The notes under the pieces: model-generated | The model's input: only the letters and a program-made list of their open reading frames with translations | What the model was told of the DNA's origin: nothing | Databases searched by the model: none | From: Podarcis melisellensis | Taxonomy: Eukaryota | Strand: one strand, 5' to 3' | Assembly (NCBI GenBank): GCA_964234715.1 | Contig: OZ174291.1 | DNA: 64,000 bases | Shown here: one piece after another, positions 47,001-58,791 of the stretch | How the letters are laid out: each line of letters starts with the position of its first letter | How positions within the stretch are numbered: the first letter of the stretch is position 1 | Program-made: the position numbers and the translations under genes

Positions 47001-50000
47001 CACCCCAGGGTAGCTGCATCCAAATACTGCATTTCTGGGATTGGGTGTCCGCATTTGCACCCCTGGACTGGTGTGGCCAGCATTCTCTGGCATGGCTCAG
47101 CTCCCTCTTCCCTTTCACCTGGGCTGGCTCCGCAATCAAGTTTCTTTTGCTCCTCCCAGTTTGGCAGGAACCAGGCAGCTGCTGGACTGGAAACTGGACC
47201 CCTCGAGCCCCAGCCAAAAGGGGCTTTCCATGCCAGGGCCTGCTTTGCTCCTGATGGAACTGTTGATCCTGCCTCTTCTCCGACTGCCTTGCCTTTCCCC
47301 CTCCTGACCCTTCTCTGCTTTCTTCTTTCCCGCTGGCTGCCCCTTCAGTTTCTTCGGAACCCAGTAAAGACCAGCCGAGCGAGCGAGCGGCTGATGGTCT
47401 GGGGGGAGAGTGGAGATTGCTGAGGGAGACTGGCAGATGGTGTCGCCTTTTGGAAGTGTGGCTGCCTCTTCCTCCTGCTGGATTCCTTGTCATCTGGTGG
47501 CCAGCTCTGGGTTCTGGGATCTGGTTTCACTAAGCCGCACAGAAGAGGAAACTTTTGGGATCTGCTTTCCTCCTTCCTCTTTTAGTCCTAAAAGACAATG
47601 GGGGGGAAGTTAGGAGAAAGGCCATGATCAATCTCAGCATATACAGTGGCACCTCGGGTTAAGAACTTAATTCGTTCTGGATGTCCGTTCTTAACCTGAA
47701 ACTGTTCTTAACCTGAAGCACCACTTTAGCTAATGGGGCCTCCCACTGCCGCCGCGCCACCACCACACGATTTCTGTTATCATCCTGAAGCAAAGTTCTT
47801 AACCTGAGGTACTACTTCTGAGTTAGCGGAGTCTGTAACCTGAAGCGTCTGTAACCCAAGGTACCACTGTATATCCTCAGAGCTCTGCAGAATCAGACCA
47901 AAACTTCACTTGAGGCTGTATCTTGTTGGGAGAGAAGAAGAAGAAGAAGAAGAAGAAGAGTTTGGATTTGATATCCCGCCTTTCACTCCCTTTAAGGAGT
48001 CTCAAAGCGGCTAACATTCTCCTTTCCCTTCCTCCCCCACAACAAACACTCTGTGGGGTGAGTGGGGCTGAGAGACTTCAAAGAAGTGTGACTAGCCCAA
48101 GGTCACCCAGCACTGCATGTGGAGGAGCGGAGACGCAAACCCGGTTCCCCAGATTAGGAGTCTACCGCTCTTAACCACTACACCACACTGGCTGAGCCTC
48201 TTGCTCGATGTGACACCTTCTACACATGAACAACGTTAGAAACTCAGATATATAAGCTAGGCGCCAAATGGCTCCTTAAACCAAGGTTGCAGTCGCCAAA
48301 ACGGAATGTCTAGTTGTCATTTTGGGGCAAGACTAAAGTCTTTATTTTTCAAAGGACTGACTGTGATTGATTACCAGTTAGACTTCTGGCTAGTTCAGAT
48401 GATAGGCTAAGAGCTTTGAGAACTTAAGAAGAAAAGTCGCCTGGTTCCAAGTGGTCAAAAGCCAGGTGCAAAATGCACCTGGCTAATTTCAAACACTGCA
48501 TACAAAATGTTTTACTTTTTGCAGAGAAGCAAATTGCCTGCTGTGAGATACCACCCGAGGCCCCTGAAGTGCTCCAGCCCAGGCGCAGGTGAGCCTCCTT
48601 GGCCGCCATTTTGTGTGTGAAATTGTGGGAGAAACTGATTCAGTTCAGGAAGCTGCTGGCCTCTTTGCTTGGCCACTGAGCCAGGATCCTTTCTGAAATG
48701 GTGTTTGCCTCCCAGTGACATGTTGGCTGCCATCAGTCCGGCTATTTGAGCAGGCAGCTCTGGTTTGCCTTCGTTGGACCAAGGAGCTCAAATCTCTCTC
48801 TCTACACCCCAATCCCTTGCTATAAAGGGGAGGGCTTTGTAACCCAGCTGCTGCCTATGGGCGGCTGCTCTGCCTAGTAAGGAAAACCACTTTGCTCCCC
48901 CCTGGGGCTACTGCAATTCCAGTCTGGGCAGATAACTCTTCTTTTATGACTCTTGATATGATGGGCTGTAATAGTGGCTGTTGACGGAATGGGGCCTGGC
49001 TGGTCCAGCAGGAGATGTCTCTGGCATTTCATTTGCTCTTAACCACATCAGGTGGGGGGTGTCTTCTGGGGCAATTGCCCTCTGAGCAGATGCAGTAGTG
49101 GGGGAGAAGTAGCTTTCCTTTGCCTCCATTGGGTAGATGAGTCTAGACTCAGCTTGAGCCCAGTCTTCCTCACTCTGGTGCCTTCTAGGTGGTTTGGACC
49201 ACAGTTCCCATCAGCCCCAGCATCACATAGCTGTATTGGGCATCCCATTATCAGAGTGGCCAAGCAGGATGCCCCCAATGGGAAACCCCCCCTAGGCAGG
49301 ATCCCAGCACAAGAGCCCTCTCTCCCCCTTCAGTTTCCAGCAACTAGAATCCAGAAGCACTGCTGCCTTCCAGCTGTGGATGCAGAACATAGTCTAATGG
49401 TCAGTAGCTTCCCTTGATGGAGGTGGAAGCCCTTCATGCAAAGGCTGCATCGCTTGGGGGAATCCCTCCAGTTTTGGATTCTTTACATCAAGCAAGAGTT
49501 GGATTGTGTGGCTTTCAGGGACCCTTCCAACTCTTGGCTAACTTGAGCAAATTGAGTAGACTATTCTACTCCTCAGGCTTCTGTGATGGGCCTGGGAAGC
49601 AGGATTAGCCACCCAAAGATTGCACTCTTCCATTGTCTACTAAGGACACGCAGTGCTTTTCTTTGGGCAAGGAAGGTGTTAAACGCTGTTCCCCTTTTCC
49701 ATCATCATCATCACATTTATTTATTAAATGCAAATGGACAGCTCAGGGGAAAGGGTATTTATTTTTTAAAATGGATGCTAATTGGAGATAAATTTGTAAT
49801 GCAAGCAGCATGTAATAGGAAAAAAAATGGAAATATCTGAGAAAGAGAGTAGGAAGCCAGTTTTTTGAAAAATCGTATTAAAATAGTTTTAATTTGGCAT
49901 TGATGTGTTATAAATTTGGAAAATGAATATGTATATGGAAAATGTATATATGCAGGTTTTGGTGTCCTCGGGTGTCTTCCCGTGTAAAAGTTGGGGTGTC

Positions 50001-50002
50001 TA

Positions 50003-50042
50003 GGCGACGTTTCGACGAGGTCTCACTCGTCATCTTCAGGCT
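50003..50042 (-). ncRNA. Minimal type-I hammerhead ribozyme motif, copy 1
   Basis: Reverse complement reads AGC-CUGAAGA-U-GACGAG-ugagac-CUCGUC-GAAA-CGUC-GCC. Confidence 0.75.
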
Positions 50043-51033
50043 GGTGCTTTCGGCTTCTTGTTACTGGAACAGAGCAGGATCTCAGTGTTTGAGTTCCTAT
50101 AAATACTGTTGAGGGGGTGTGGTGTATAGCCTCCAATGTTCTGGGCAGAGAGGAAGTTCCCAGGCTAGTGTGCCTTTTCTTCTTTTGTTCCTTAATTACT
50201 TGAGGGATATCTTGAGTGATTTCTTGAGTGATATCCTGAGTACCACTTAGGTGGGTCATTAGGTGTGGATTAGTTGCTAAAGTCTTTGTGTCTTGACCTC
50301 TTGAACTTTGTGAAGAGTTTTTCTGAGAAGATGGCTGTACTGCACTTAGTTGTGCTCTGGCTTGGCTTCGTGTATAGGGGCGAGCTGTGGTTTTGTGGCC
50401 TGTGTCAGCCAGATCTGTGTAGGGATTGCAGGGGGGTGCAGCATCCGGAGGTGCCACCATGGTTTGGCTACTGGATGGTGTCTGTAATTTATCTGTGGAG
50501 AGGGTCTGGGTTTGGGTCTGGTGTGGTTGATTGGTGATGGCGTTCTGTGTGCCTCTGGATCTGGTGTCAGTTTTTGTGGGGAGGGCTAATTTCCAGATGT
50601 CTGGCAAGCGGGATGTGTCGTCACGCTTGTTCATGTTGTGAGGGTGTTTCTCTATCTCGATGGCTTCCATGATTATTCTCTTGTGGTGATGTTCCATGTT
50701 AAAGAGCAATTTGGAATCTGCAAAATTAATTTCGTGTCCTGTTTCTTTCATGTGTTGGAAAAGAGAGGAAGTTTTTTCTTCTTTTTTGACGGCATTCTTG
50801 TGTTCTGCGATACGTGCATTTATTCGTCTGTTTGTTTGTCCAATGTACGTGGCTGGGCAGACTTTGCAGGGTATTTCATAGACCCCTTGGTTTTCCAACT
50901 GGATTTTATCCTTGGGGTTTCTGAGGATATTGGCTATTTTTTGGTTGGTGCAAAAGGCTGTTTTGATATTGTGTTTATGGAGGATTTTGCTAATTTTATC
51001 TGTAGTGCCCTTGATATAAGGAAGGAGGGCCAT
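50023..51033 (-). pseudogene. 5'-truncated PLE ORF: GIY-YIG endonuclease plus ~190-aa low-complexity extension (frame open upstream to the truncation at ~51109)
   Basis: ORF track gives 336 aa without stops. LPYIKG linker, GVY/YIG, CxxC and His residues are present. RT is missing. Confidence 0.85.
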
Positions 51034-51202
51034 GCCATTGTTTTCTTCTGTGTCTTGGTTTTTGGGGGGTGTTTCTTTTTGGATTAGCTTCGTAACCCTG
51101 TTTTGCTGGTATATATATATAATGTATATATATATATATATATATATATATGCAGGTTTTGGTGTCCTCGGGTGTCTTCCCGTGTAAAAGTTGGGGTGTC
51201 TA

Positions 51203-51242
51203 GGCGACGTTTCGACGAGGTCTCACTCGTCATCTTCAGGCT
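51203..51242 (-). ncRNA. Minimal type-I hammerhead ribozyme motif, copy 2
   Basis: Identical to copy 1. Confidence 0.75.
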
Positions 51243-52149
51243 GGTGCTTTCGGCTTCTTGTTACTGGAACAGAGCAGGATCTCAGTGTTTGAGTTCCTAT
51301 AAATAACCAAGGGGTCTATGAAATACCCTGCAAAGTCTGCCCAGCCACGTACATTGGACAAACAAACAGACGAATAAATGCACGTATCGCAGAACACAAG
51401 AATGCCGTCAAAAAAGAAGAAAAAACTTCCTCTCTTTTCCAACACATGAAAGAAACAGGACACGAAATTAATTTTGCAGATTCCAAATTGCTCTTTAACA
51501 TGGAACATCACCACAAGAGAATAATCATGGAAGCCATCGAGATAGAGAAACACCCTCACAACATGAACAAGCGTGACGACACATCCCGCTTGCCAGACAT
51601 CTGGAAATTAGCCCTCCCCACAAAAACTGACACCAGATCCAGAGGCACACAGAACGCCATCACCAATCAACCACACCAGACCCAAACCCAGACCCTCTCC
51701 ACAGATAAATTACAGACACCATCCAGTAGCCAAACCATGGTGGCACCTCCGGATGCTGCACCCCCCTGCAATCCCTACACAGATCTGGCTGACACAGGCC
51801 ACAAAACCACAGCTCGCCCCTATACACGAAGCCAAGCCAGAGCACAACTAAGTGCAGTACAGCCATCTTCTCAGAAAAACTCAAAGTTCAAGAGGTCAAG
51901 ACACAAAGACTTTAGCAACTAATCCACACCTAATGACCCACCTAAGTGGTACTCAGGATATCACTCAAGAAATCACTCAAGATATCCCTCAAGTAATTAA
52001 GGAACAAAAGAAGAAAAGGCACACTAGCCTGGGAACTTCCTCTCTGCCCAGAACATTGGAGGCTATACACCACACCCCCTCAACAGTATTTATAGGAACT
52101 CAAACACTGAGATCCTGCTCTGTTCCAGTAACAAGAAGCCGAAAGCACC

Positions 52150-52189
52150 AGCCTGAAGATGACGAGTGAGACCTCGTCGAAACGTCGCC
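52150..52189 (+). ncRNA. Minimal type-I hammerhead ribozyme motif, copy 3 (sense to BCR pre-mRNA)
   Basis: CUGAAGA 52153-52159; 6-bp stem II GACGAG/CUCGUC; GAAA 52179-52182; GUC cleavage triplet ending at 52186. Confidence 0.75.
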
Positions 52190-52268
52190 TAGACACCCCA
52201 ACTTTTACACGGGAAGACACCCGAGGACACCAAAACCTGCATTCCTGTACCCGTGAAAATCTACGAAA

Positions 52269-52270
<2 letters not shown>

Positions 52271-52335
<65 letters not shown>
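52271..52335. repeat. (AT)n microsatellite flanking the PLE (also 51110-51150)
   Basis: Direct read. Confidence 0.95.
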
Positions 52336-52336
<1 letters not shown>

Positions 52337-53778
52337 CGCCACTCGTTGGAAGTGATAGCATCTTGCAGGAAGTCCCCAAGTTCAATCTCCAGGTAAGGCC
52401 TTTCTCAACGTTCGGTCCCCAGGTGTTATTGGACTACAACTCCCATCATTCCTAGCCAGCATAGCCAGTGGTTCAGGGATGATGGGAGTTGTAGTTCAAG
52501 AGCATCTGGGGACACAGGGTTGGTTGAGAAAATCTGCCCTAGAGAGTCTCCTGTCTGAAATCCTGGAGAGCTGCCGCTGCCAGTCAGTGTAGTATACAAT
52601 ACTGAGCTAATGGACCAGTGATCTGATCCAGTGTAAAATGGCTGCCTGTGTTTCTACTAGCTGCATACAGAAAAAAATTCCAATTAAAATAGACCTGCAA
52701 CTGTGCTAAAAAAAATTAACAGAGTACAATTTAAGCAACAGCATCAAAAGGTGTGAAACGGATTGTAAGGAGAAAATGTCTGTGTGTGTGTTTAGGGGGT
52801 GGGTGAGAAAATAATTTTCAAGAGCTATTCCTGTTATCTCTCCCAACACTGACTGATAGGAGGGGCTTATCTCTCCTTTCCATGTGCCCCAGAGGAAGCT
52901 GGGATGGAAGAAGAGAATCTCCTCTCACCGCCCGCCGGACAACAGGGAATAAATCAAAACAGGATTGGGCACCAGAGAACAGTTGGCAGTTGAAAACAAT
53001 GCCCCCTTCCTGCACACTGGCATCTCCCCCCTCCCCATAATGTTTAATATGCACGATGGGGGCTGGACTGATCTGGGGCATCCTTTGAGCAAGCTGCTCA
53101 TTTCAGCAAGCATCCCTTTTTCTTCAGCCAAAAGACCCCTCCTCTCTCATTTAAACAGGAGGTTGCAGCTCAGAGCTGCGTTTTGGAGGTGGAAAGTGCT
53201 TCTGAATTTGTTTTATGGGGTGGGGGAGAAAAACTAATGAATTTTAAAGCAATCCTGGTGCGGAGAATATTGGGAGAGGCACTTGCTTGGCTTTCCCCTC
53301 CTCCTCTTCAGAAACGCCTTGGAGGGTTTGATAGGATCATGACTTTAATGGACATGTGTGTGTGTGTGTGTGTGTGTCTGTCTGTGTTTGTTTAGCAAGT
53401 GGGGAGGCATCCGTCCACCTTGTCTCAGTGAAGAGAGCATGGGATCCAGTTTTGTGGAAGGGCAAATTTGCTTTCCATTGCAGTAATGAGCTAGCTCTCA
53501 GTCCTGCCCAGAGGCTGCTGGAATTAGGAGCCAGGAAGGAGTGGAGGTCCTCATTTCTTGCTTCCAATAATTAAATTATAGTGTGCAGCAAGTCAAGCAT
53601 GGGGTGGGTAACCTCGGGCCTGGGGGCCAATTGCAGCCCTCTGGACCTCTCTGTCTGTCCCTTGGGACTCTTCCCAGGCCACGCCCCCTCCCTAGGCCAC
53701 ACCCCTTGCTGGCCTTGCTCCACACCCACCTTGAGTGCCATGGCCTTAGTCTCTGTAGAAATGATTCTACCGTACAAA

Positions 53779-54392
53779 GGTGTTGTTGTTTAGTCGTGTC
53801 TGACTCTTCGTGACCCCCTGGACCAGAGCACGCCAGGCACTCCTGTCTTCCACCGCCTCCCGCAGTTTGATGAAACTCATGCTGGTAGCTTCGAGAACAC
53901 TGTCCAACCATCTTGTCCTCTGTCATCCCCTTCTCCTTGTGTCCTCCATCTTTCCCAACATCAGGGTCTTTTCCAGGGAGTCTTCTCTTCTCATGAGGTG
54001 GCCAAAGTACCGGAGTCTCAGCTTCAGGATCTGTCCTTCCAGTGAGGGCTGATTTCAGGGCTGATTTCCTTAAGAATGGACATGTTTGATCTTCTTGCAG
54101 TCTATGGGACTCTCAAGAGTCTCCTCCAGCACCATAATTCAAAAGCATCAATTCTTCGGCAATCAGCCTTCTTTATGGTCCAGCTCTCACTCTCGTACAC
54201 CACTACTGGGAAAACCATAGCTTTAACTATATGGACCTTTGTTGGCAAGGTGATGTCTCTGCTTTTTAAGATGCTGTCTAGGTTTGTCATTGCTTTTCTC
54301 CCAAGAAGCAGGCGTCTTTTAATTTTGTGGCTGCTGTCACCATCTGCAGTGATCATGGAGCCTTTGTTGGCAATGTGATGTCTCTGCTTTTT
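53779..54392 (-). mobile_element. 5'-truncated RTE-BovB LINE
   Basis: ITADGDSSHKIKRRLLLGRKAMTNLDSILKSRDITLPTKV...WTIKKA...IDAFELWCWRRLLRVP; 3' end gacacgactaaacaacaac. Confidence 0.92.
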
Positions 54393-57300
54393 TGCCTTTG
54401 GCCCCTCCCACCAGTGTTATGTGACCCCCCAGACAGTTGTCCAGAAGAGATTGACTGCAGAGGGTGGGGAGAGACTGGACCGTACATTTACCCGACCTGC
54501 ACTGATTGAACTGAACTAGCTGCCAGCTTGCCACTGAGCTCAGTTTAAGGTGTTATCATTAACGCAGAAAGCACTAAACACCTCAGGACCAGGTTACCTG
54601 AAGGAACGCTTTCCCTCCTGCCATGTTAGATCACTGTGACCTTTGGAGGGGGCTCTGCTAGCACTCCTGCAACCTGCAGAACTAGAGGGGGCATTTGTGG
54701 TGGCAGTGGCCACCTGGTTGAACAGAATGCTGCCCTCCTCACCCCCACCCTGGCCATCTGGCATGCACCAATGGTTTCTGCTGCCTGTTAAAAAATAAAT
54801 AAATCCCTGGGCATTCCCAGACCAGGGGGTTTTAAAACTGCAATTTTCATGTTCTTGTGTTTTATTGTTTTGCAGAAGCTTTGCAGTTTTTAGATCCCAA
54901 GCACGTTGTAATTTTTAAACTTCAAAATAAAATGAATGAGCTCGGAAGCACAACCCGGGGCTAATCTAACAGGAACACAATCCAGTGTGGTTATTCTGCT
55001 CTGGAATCCTATACTAGGGAGTCCCGTGCAGTCGAAAAGCTAGCACGTTTTAACCAGCCAGGGTTTTGATCTAGCAGCAGGTTATTATTCCCTTTTACAT
55101 ATTTGGTGCGCCTACAGAGGCAGATTTTTGTGACCAACTGTTTACTGTGTTAACGGGGGCCATTTATTATCTGTCGCCCAGGCATGCATCAGTTCACTTA
55201 GGCCAGGGGAGAGTGTCTCTGCTAAATCAATTTGCAGCTGGTCCCTAAGGGGATCAATCCAGCACATCCCATATGGTGCCCAAGCAGACCCACCAGCTCT
55301 CTGCTACACCAGGGAGCAGGAGAGAGGCATTAATGAAGGTAGTGTTAGCCCCCAACCCTGTGACACCCCCCCTCTCGGTTGCCACCTCCCTCCTCTAAGG
55401 ATTCCACTAGCTGTTCTCTGTGGTCTTCTGGAATTACTACGAAGGATAACGCTCCTCTGGTCTAATGCTCCGTGGTTTCTTCAGTTTCTGAAGCTGTGTT
55501 TAAAGTCTCCAGATCTCATGAGAAAGGAGCTTCCTGGGTCGAAAGAAGCATGTGGGAATAACCACCTCTGAGCATTGCCAAATGCCTCATGGCTTGGGGC
55601 TGCTCAGAGCCTCTGGGGACAAATGCCCCATCTGTCCAAGAGACACGTTGGAAGGTGCCAACAACATTCTTCTGTTCAAGCTTCTCTTTCAAACAGAGAG
55701 GTCTGTTTCTGGATGGGGTTGCTTCCCAAGTCAAGGCTGATGGAACAGTTAAGTAAGTTACATGGGCCTCCCCCAAGGTCACTGCAGACCCCAGTTGAAG
55801 TTGGACCCGGGCGGGGGGACTCCACTGGACAGGCTTGAGGGATGCTTGTGAGTGGATCTTGATTCCTGGCAGGTGGTGACAGTCACTTATATTAACTCTG
55901 GGGACCAGTGTGCAGATAGAGAGAATTTCACTGCAGGGCGCCAGGGAGTGCCTTGAAGAGCGAGCCCCCTCCCCCAATGAATCTCTGTGCCACAAAGCAC
56001 AATGACGAGAGGTTATGCTAATTTTTGGTGTTGCACAGTAGAAATTAATTGGTGCCCCTTTTCCAGCCTCTAGAACAGATGGGAAGGGGAAGGCATCTTA
56101 ACCCAAGCTGGCGGCAGCTGCCTCCTTTGCTCATCCAAGCACTGGTTAACCACAGTCAGTGCTGAAAGACTTAAAATATCCCTTGACCACATGGGTGGAA
56201 TCCTGGTTACGAGAGAAGCCAAGATGCCCCGGGATACATGCCTGTCTTTCACTGGCCAAATTCTTGGGGAATATGTGCAAGGTCCTTTTCTGCCAGAGCC
56301 ACAGGATGGGCTTTCAAGATCAGGTAGAAATCCCTTTCCATGCAATTGAATCACGAGGTCCTGTGAGCTTTTGGCCCCTGAAAAGAGCTCTGTGAGTAGA
56401 AGCCAGCTCTGCAGCTCTCCAAAGCAGTCCAGGCAAGAGGATGGAGTTTGGGTTGGGGCGAAGTGGGGGGTGAAGTTGATGCACAGGGAGGCTGTCCTGC
56501 ACAAGCCCCACAGGCACCCCAGTTTCCAGCGGGAATGGAGAAGCAAGAAGAGTCTTTGGGGCTTCTCTGCTACAGATCTGGAGGCTCCCTACAGGTAGAA
56601 AACTAGCTTGTCAAGGAAAAGAGGTCAGCAGCCAAGCTTTCTTCCTGCCCTGGAATGATCTCCCCCCATGTGGTACAGCCAGGGCCTTGCAGAGCCAGGC
56701 AGAGGCCCGGGCCAGGTAGATAATGTCCCCTTTTCACCCTGGGGATAACTGAAGTCTTACAAAAAAGTAGTATATATAAATAATATGTATATAAATAATG
56801 CTGACCGAGGCCTCCTTTGGAATCGGAGGCCCGGGCCAAGTGGCCCATATGGCCCTACCTCTGTCTGGGCCTGGGTACAGCCTGGAAGAGCTTTATTGCC
56901 CCAAAGGTTCCTAAGAACTGTTCCACATCCTGCTATCTTCCTCTTGTTTTCATATTATCTCATGTGATTCAGAACCATGAGTCCAGAAGCTTGATGAGCT
57001 CAATGGCATTTAGTTGGCCATTGCAAGAACAGGGAGCTTGGCAAGATGGAGCCCTGTTTGGTCTGATCCAGTGACCAAAAGGCTCTTCTTGGGTGTTTTA
57101 ATGATCCCTCCTTGGCTGAGGTTGAAGGCCTCTGAACAGCAAATCATCCAGCTCTGTTTCCTGTAGCCCAGGCTCCCCTAACCTGGCACTCTCTGGGTGC
57201 TTTGGACTACAACTCCCATCTGCAAAGCTGCACTGTTGGGGCATCCAATTGCTGAATGAATACCTTAGATGCTTTGGCAGCTCTCTGCCACCTTGCAAAC

Positions 57301-58791
57301 TTGATATCATATTGCGGCCCATTCCTGTGGATAGGTTGTTCGCAGGTGCTTCCCTGGGGGACTGGGCACTAGTTTCCCCCCCCTCCATCTTCGCCTCTCC
57401 CTGAAGAGGTCTGGCCATGGAGGCTCAGACTTTGAGAGCTGCAGGCTCTGGAGGGAACCCCAACATTCTGTTTTTCTTTCTTTTTAAAGGACGCCTTCTT
57501 GGTTAGAGTTTTGCTTGCAATGAGAGTGGTAAACTGAATTGGATGCAAAGAGGCAGGTGTTCGTGCCACAGGAGGACCAACCTGGGATGGGGATGCATTT
57601 TTGCCTTATCTACGTTGGCATCACCTTCCTATCTCCCCCCGTCTCATAAAACCCACCATGCCGCCCAGAGAGATTTGTTGGTTCTGTGCTGCTGCTTTCC
57701 AGTGCAGCAGGCCGGATGGTGTATTTCGGGCAAGTGTTAAAGGGAAGGAAAACTTTCAGATCTGAAGAGTTAGCAAAGACTGTGCTGAGCATTTGGCAGA
57801 GCCTGCCTGGCAACTTTCTGCAAAAGCCTCAGCAAAAACAAGGTCTAAATTTAGCCCTGCTGCACAAGTGGCCTTTTATATTTTTCCGGCCTCGCTTGTT
57901 CACCAGCTTCTCGGCTTGTTCTGCTTTCACTTGGCTTAAAGATGGGCAGAGGCTTAAGTGGTTAGATGAAATGTTCCTCATCTAACCATCCTCGTTTGGC
58001 TGTCAGAGGGAATCCAAAAGAATTGACTGATGAGTTTAGGATGCTGCAGTGGTTCTGAATCCCAAGATCAGTGGTGCCTTGCGCAAGAGTCTTGCAACCA
58101 CTTCTGGGGTCCCTTTGCCCCCCTGAAATGTGTGTGTGGATGCCAGGGAGCAGCTGGCGCCATTTGTGGCTCTGTGTTTGGAGGCCTTTCCACACCTGGG
58201 CAACATCCACCCTGCATCTGGGCATTACAGAGTGTTCTGGCACCGTCCCAGCTTCTTCCAACGTGTCTTTTAAAGAACCCAGTCCAGGAAGTGGCTTTGC
58301 TCAGACTGCAGTTTGTGTGAGGCTGAGCACAGCCTGTTCCATCTCCTTCCTCCTGGCTGGAGCTTTGGACTGCAATTCACAGTGGCAAACAAGGTGTTCT
58401 CTGCACAAACCTCATTGACTGTGGTTTTAACTAGAGTTAACATCTGGTCTTGATCAAAAGGGGTACTACTTTCTAAATGCAAAGTAACAATGCTATGTAG
58501 TTCATAAGAGAGTCCAAAGCACTTCAGATGCATTTTTGGGAGAGTAATTCTTACAACAGTCCTTTGAGGTAGGCCAGTATTATCCTCTTCATAGTGATGG
58601 GTTTGAGGCTGGGAGAGAGTGAGAGTGCTGCTTCTTTTGTGCAAACTTTGTAATGATCTTCCCTGATTTCATAGTCTGCCTGGGGATGGGCAATCTTTGG
58701 TAATAGTAATTTATTATTTGTGCCACGCCCATCTGGCTGGGTTTCCCCAGCCACTCTGGGTGGCTTCCAACAAAGATTAAAAATACATTAA

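Larger units (their letters stand above)
49951..52270. mobile_element. Compound Penelope-like element (PLE): unit A 49951-51109 (-), (TA)n spacer, inverted pLTR B 51151-51305 (-), unit C 51306-52241 (+), 29-nt tail 52242-52270
   Basis: GIY-YIG endonuclease (GVYEIPCKVCPATYIGQT...R..EH...H...E...NMN); three copies of the terminal pLTR; inverted arrangement, tail and TA-microsatellite flanks typical of PLE insertions. No RT domain present. Confidence 0.92.

Noticed and set aside
52080-52455. ORFs with YIYIYI runs; also poly-Leu/Ile ORFs at 13559 and 20843-21225
   Set aside because: Translations of (TA)n and (AAT)n microsatellites.
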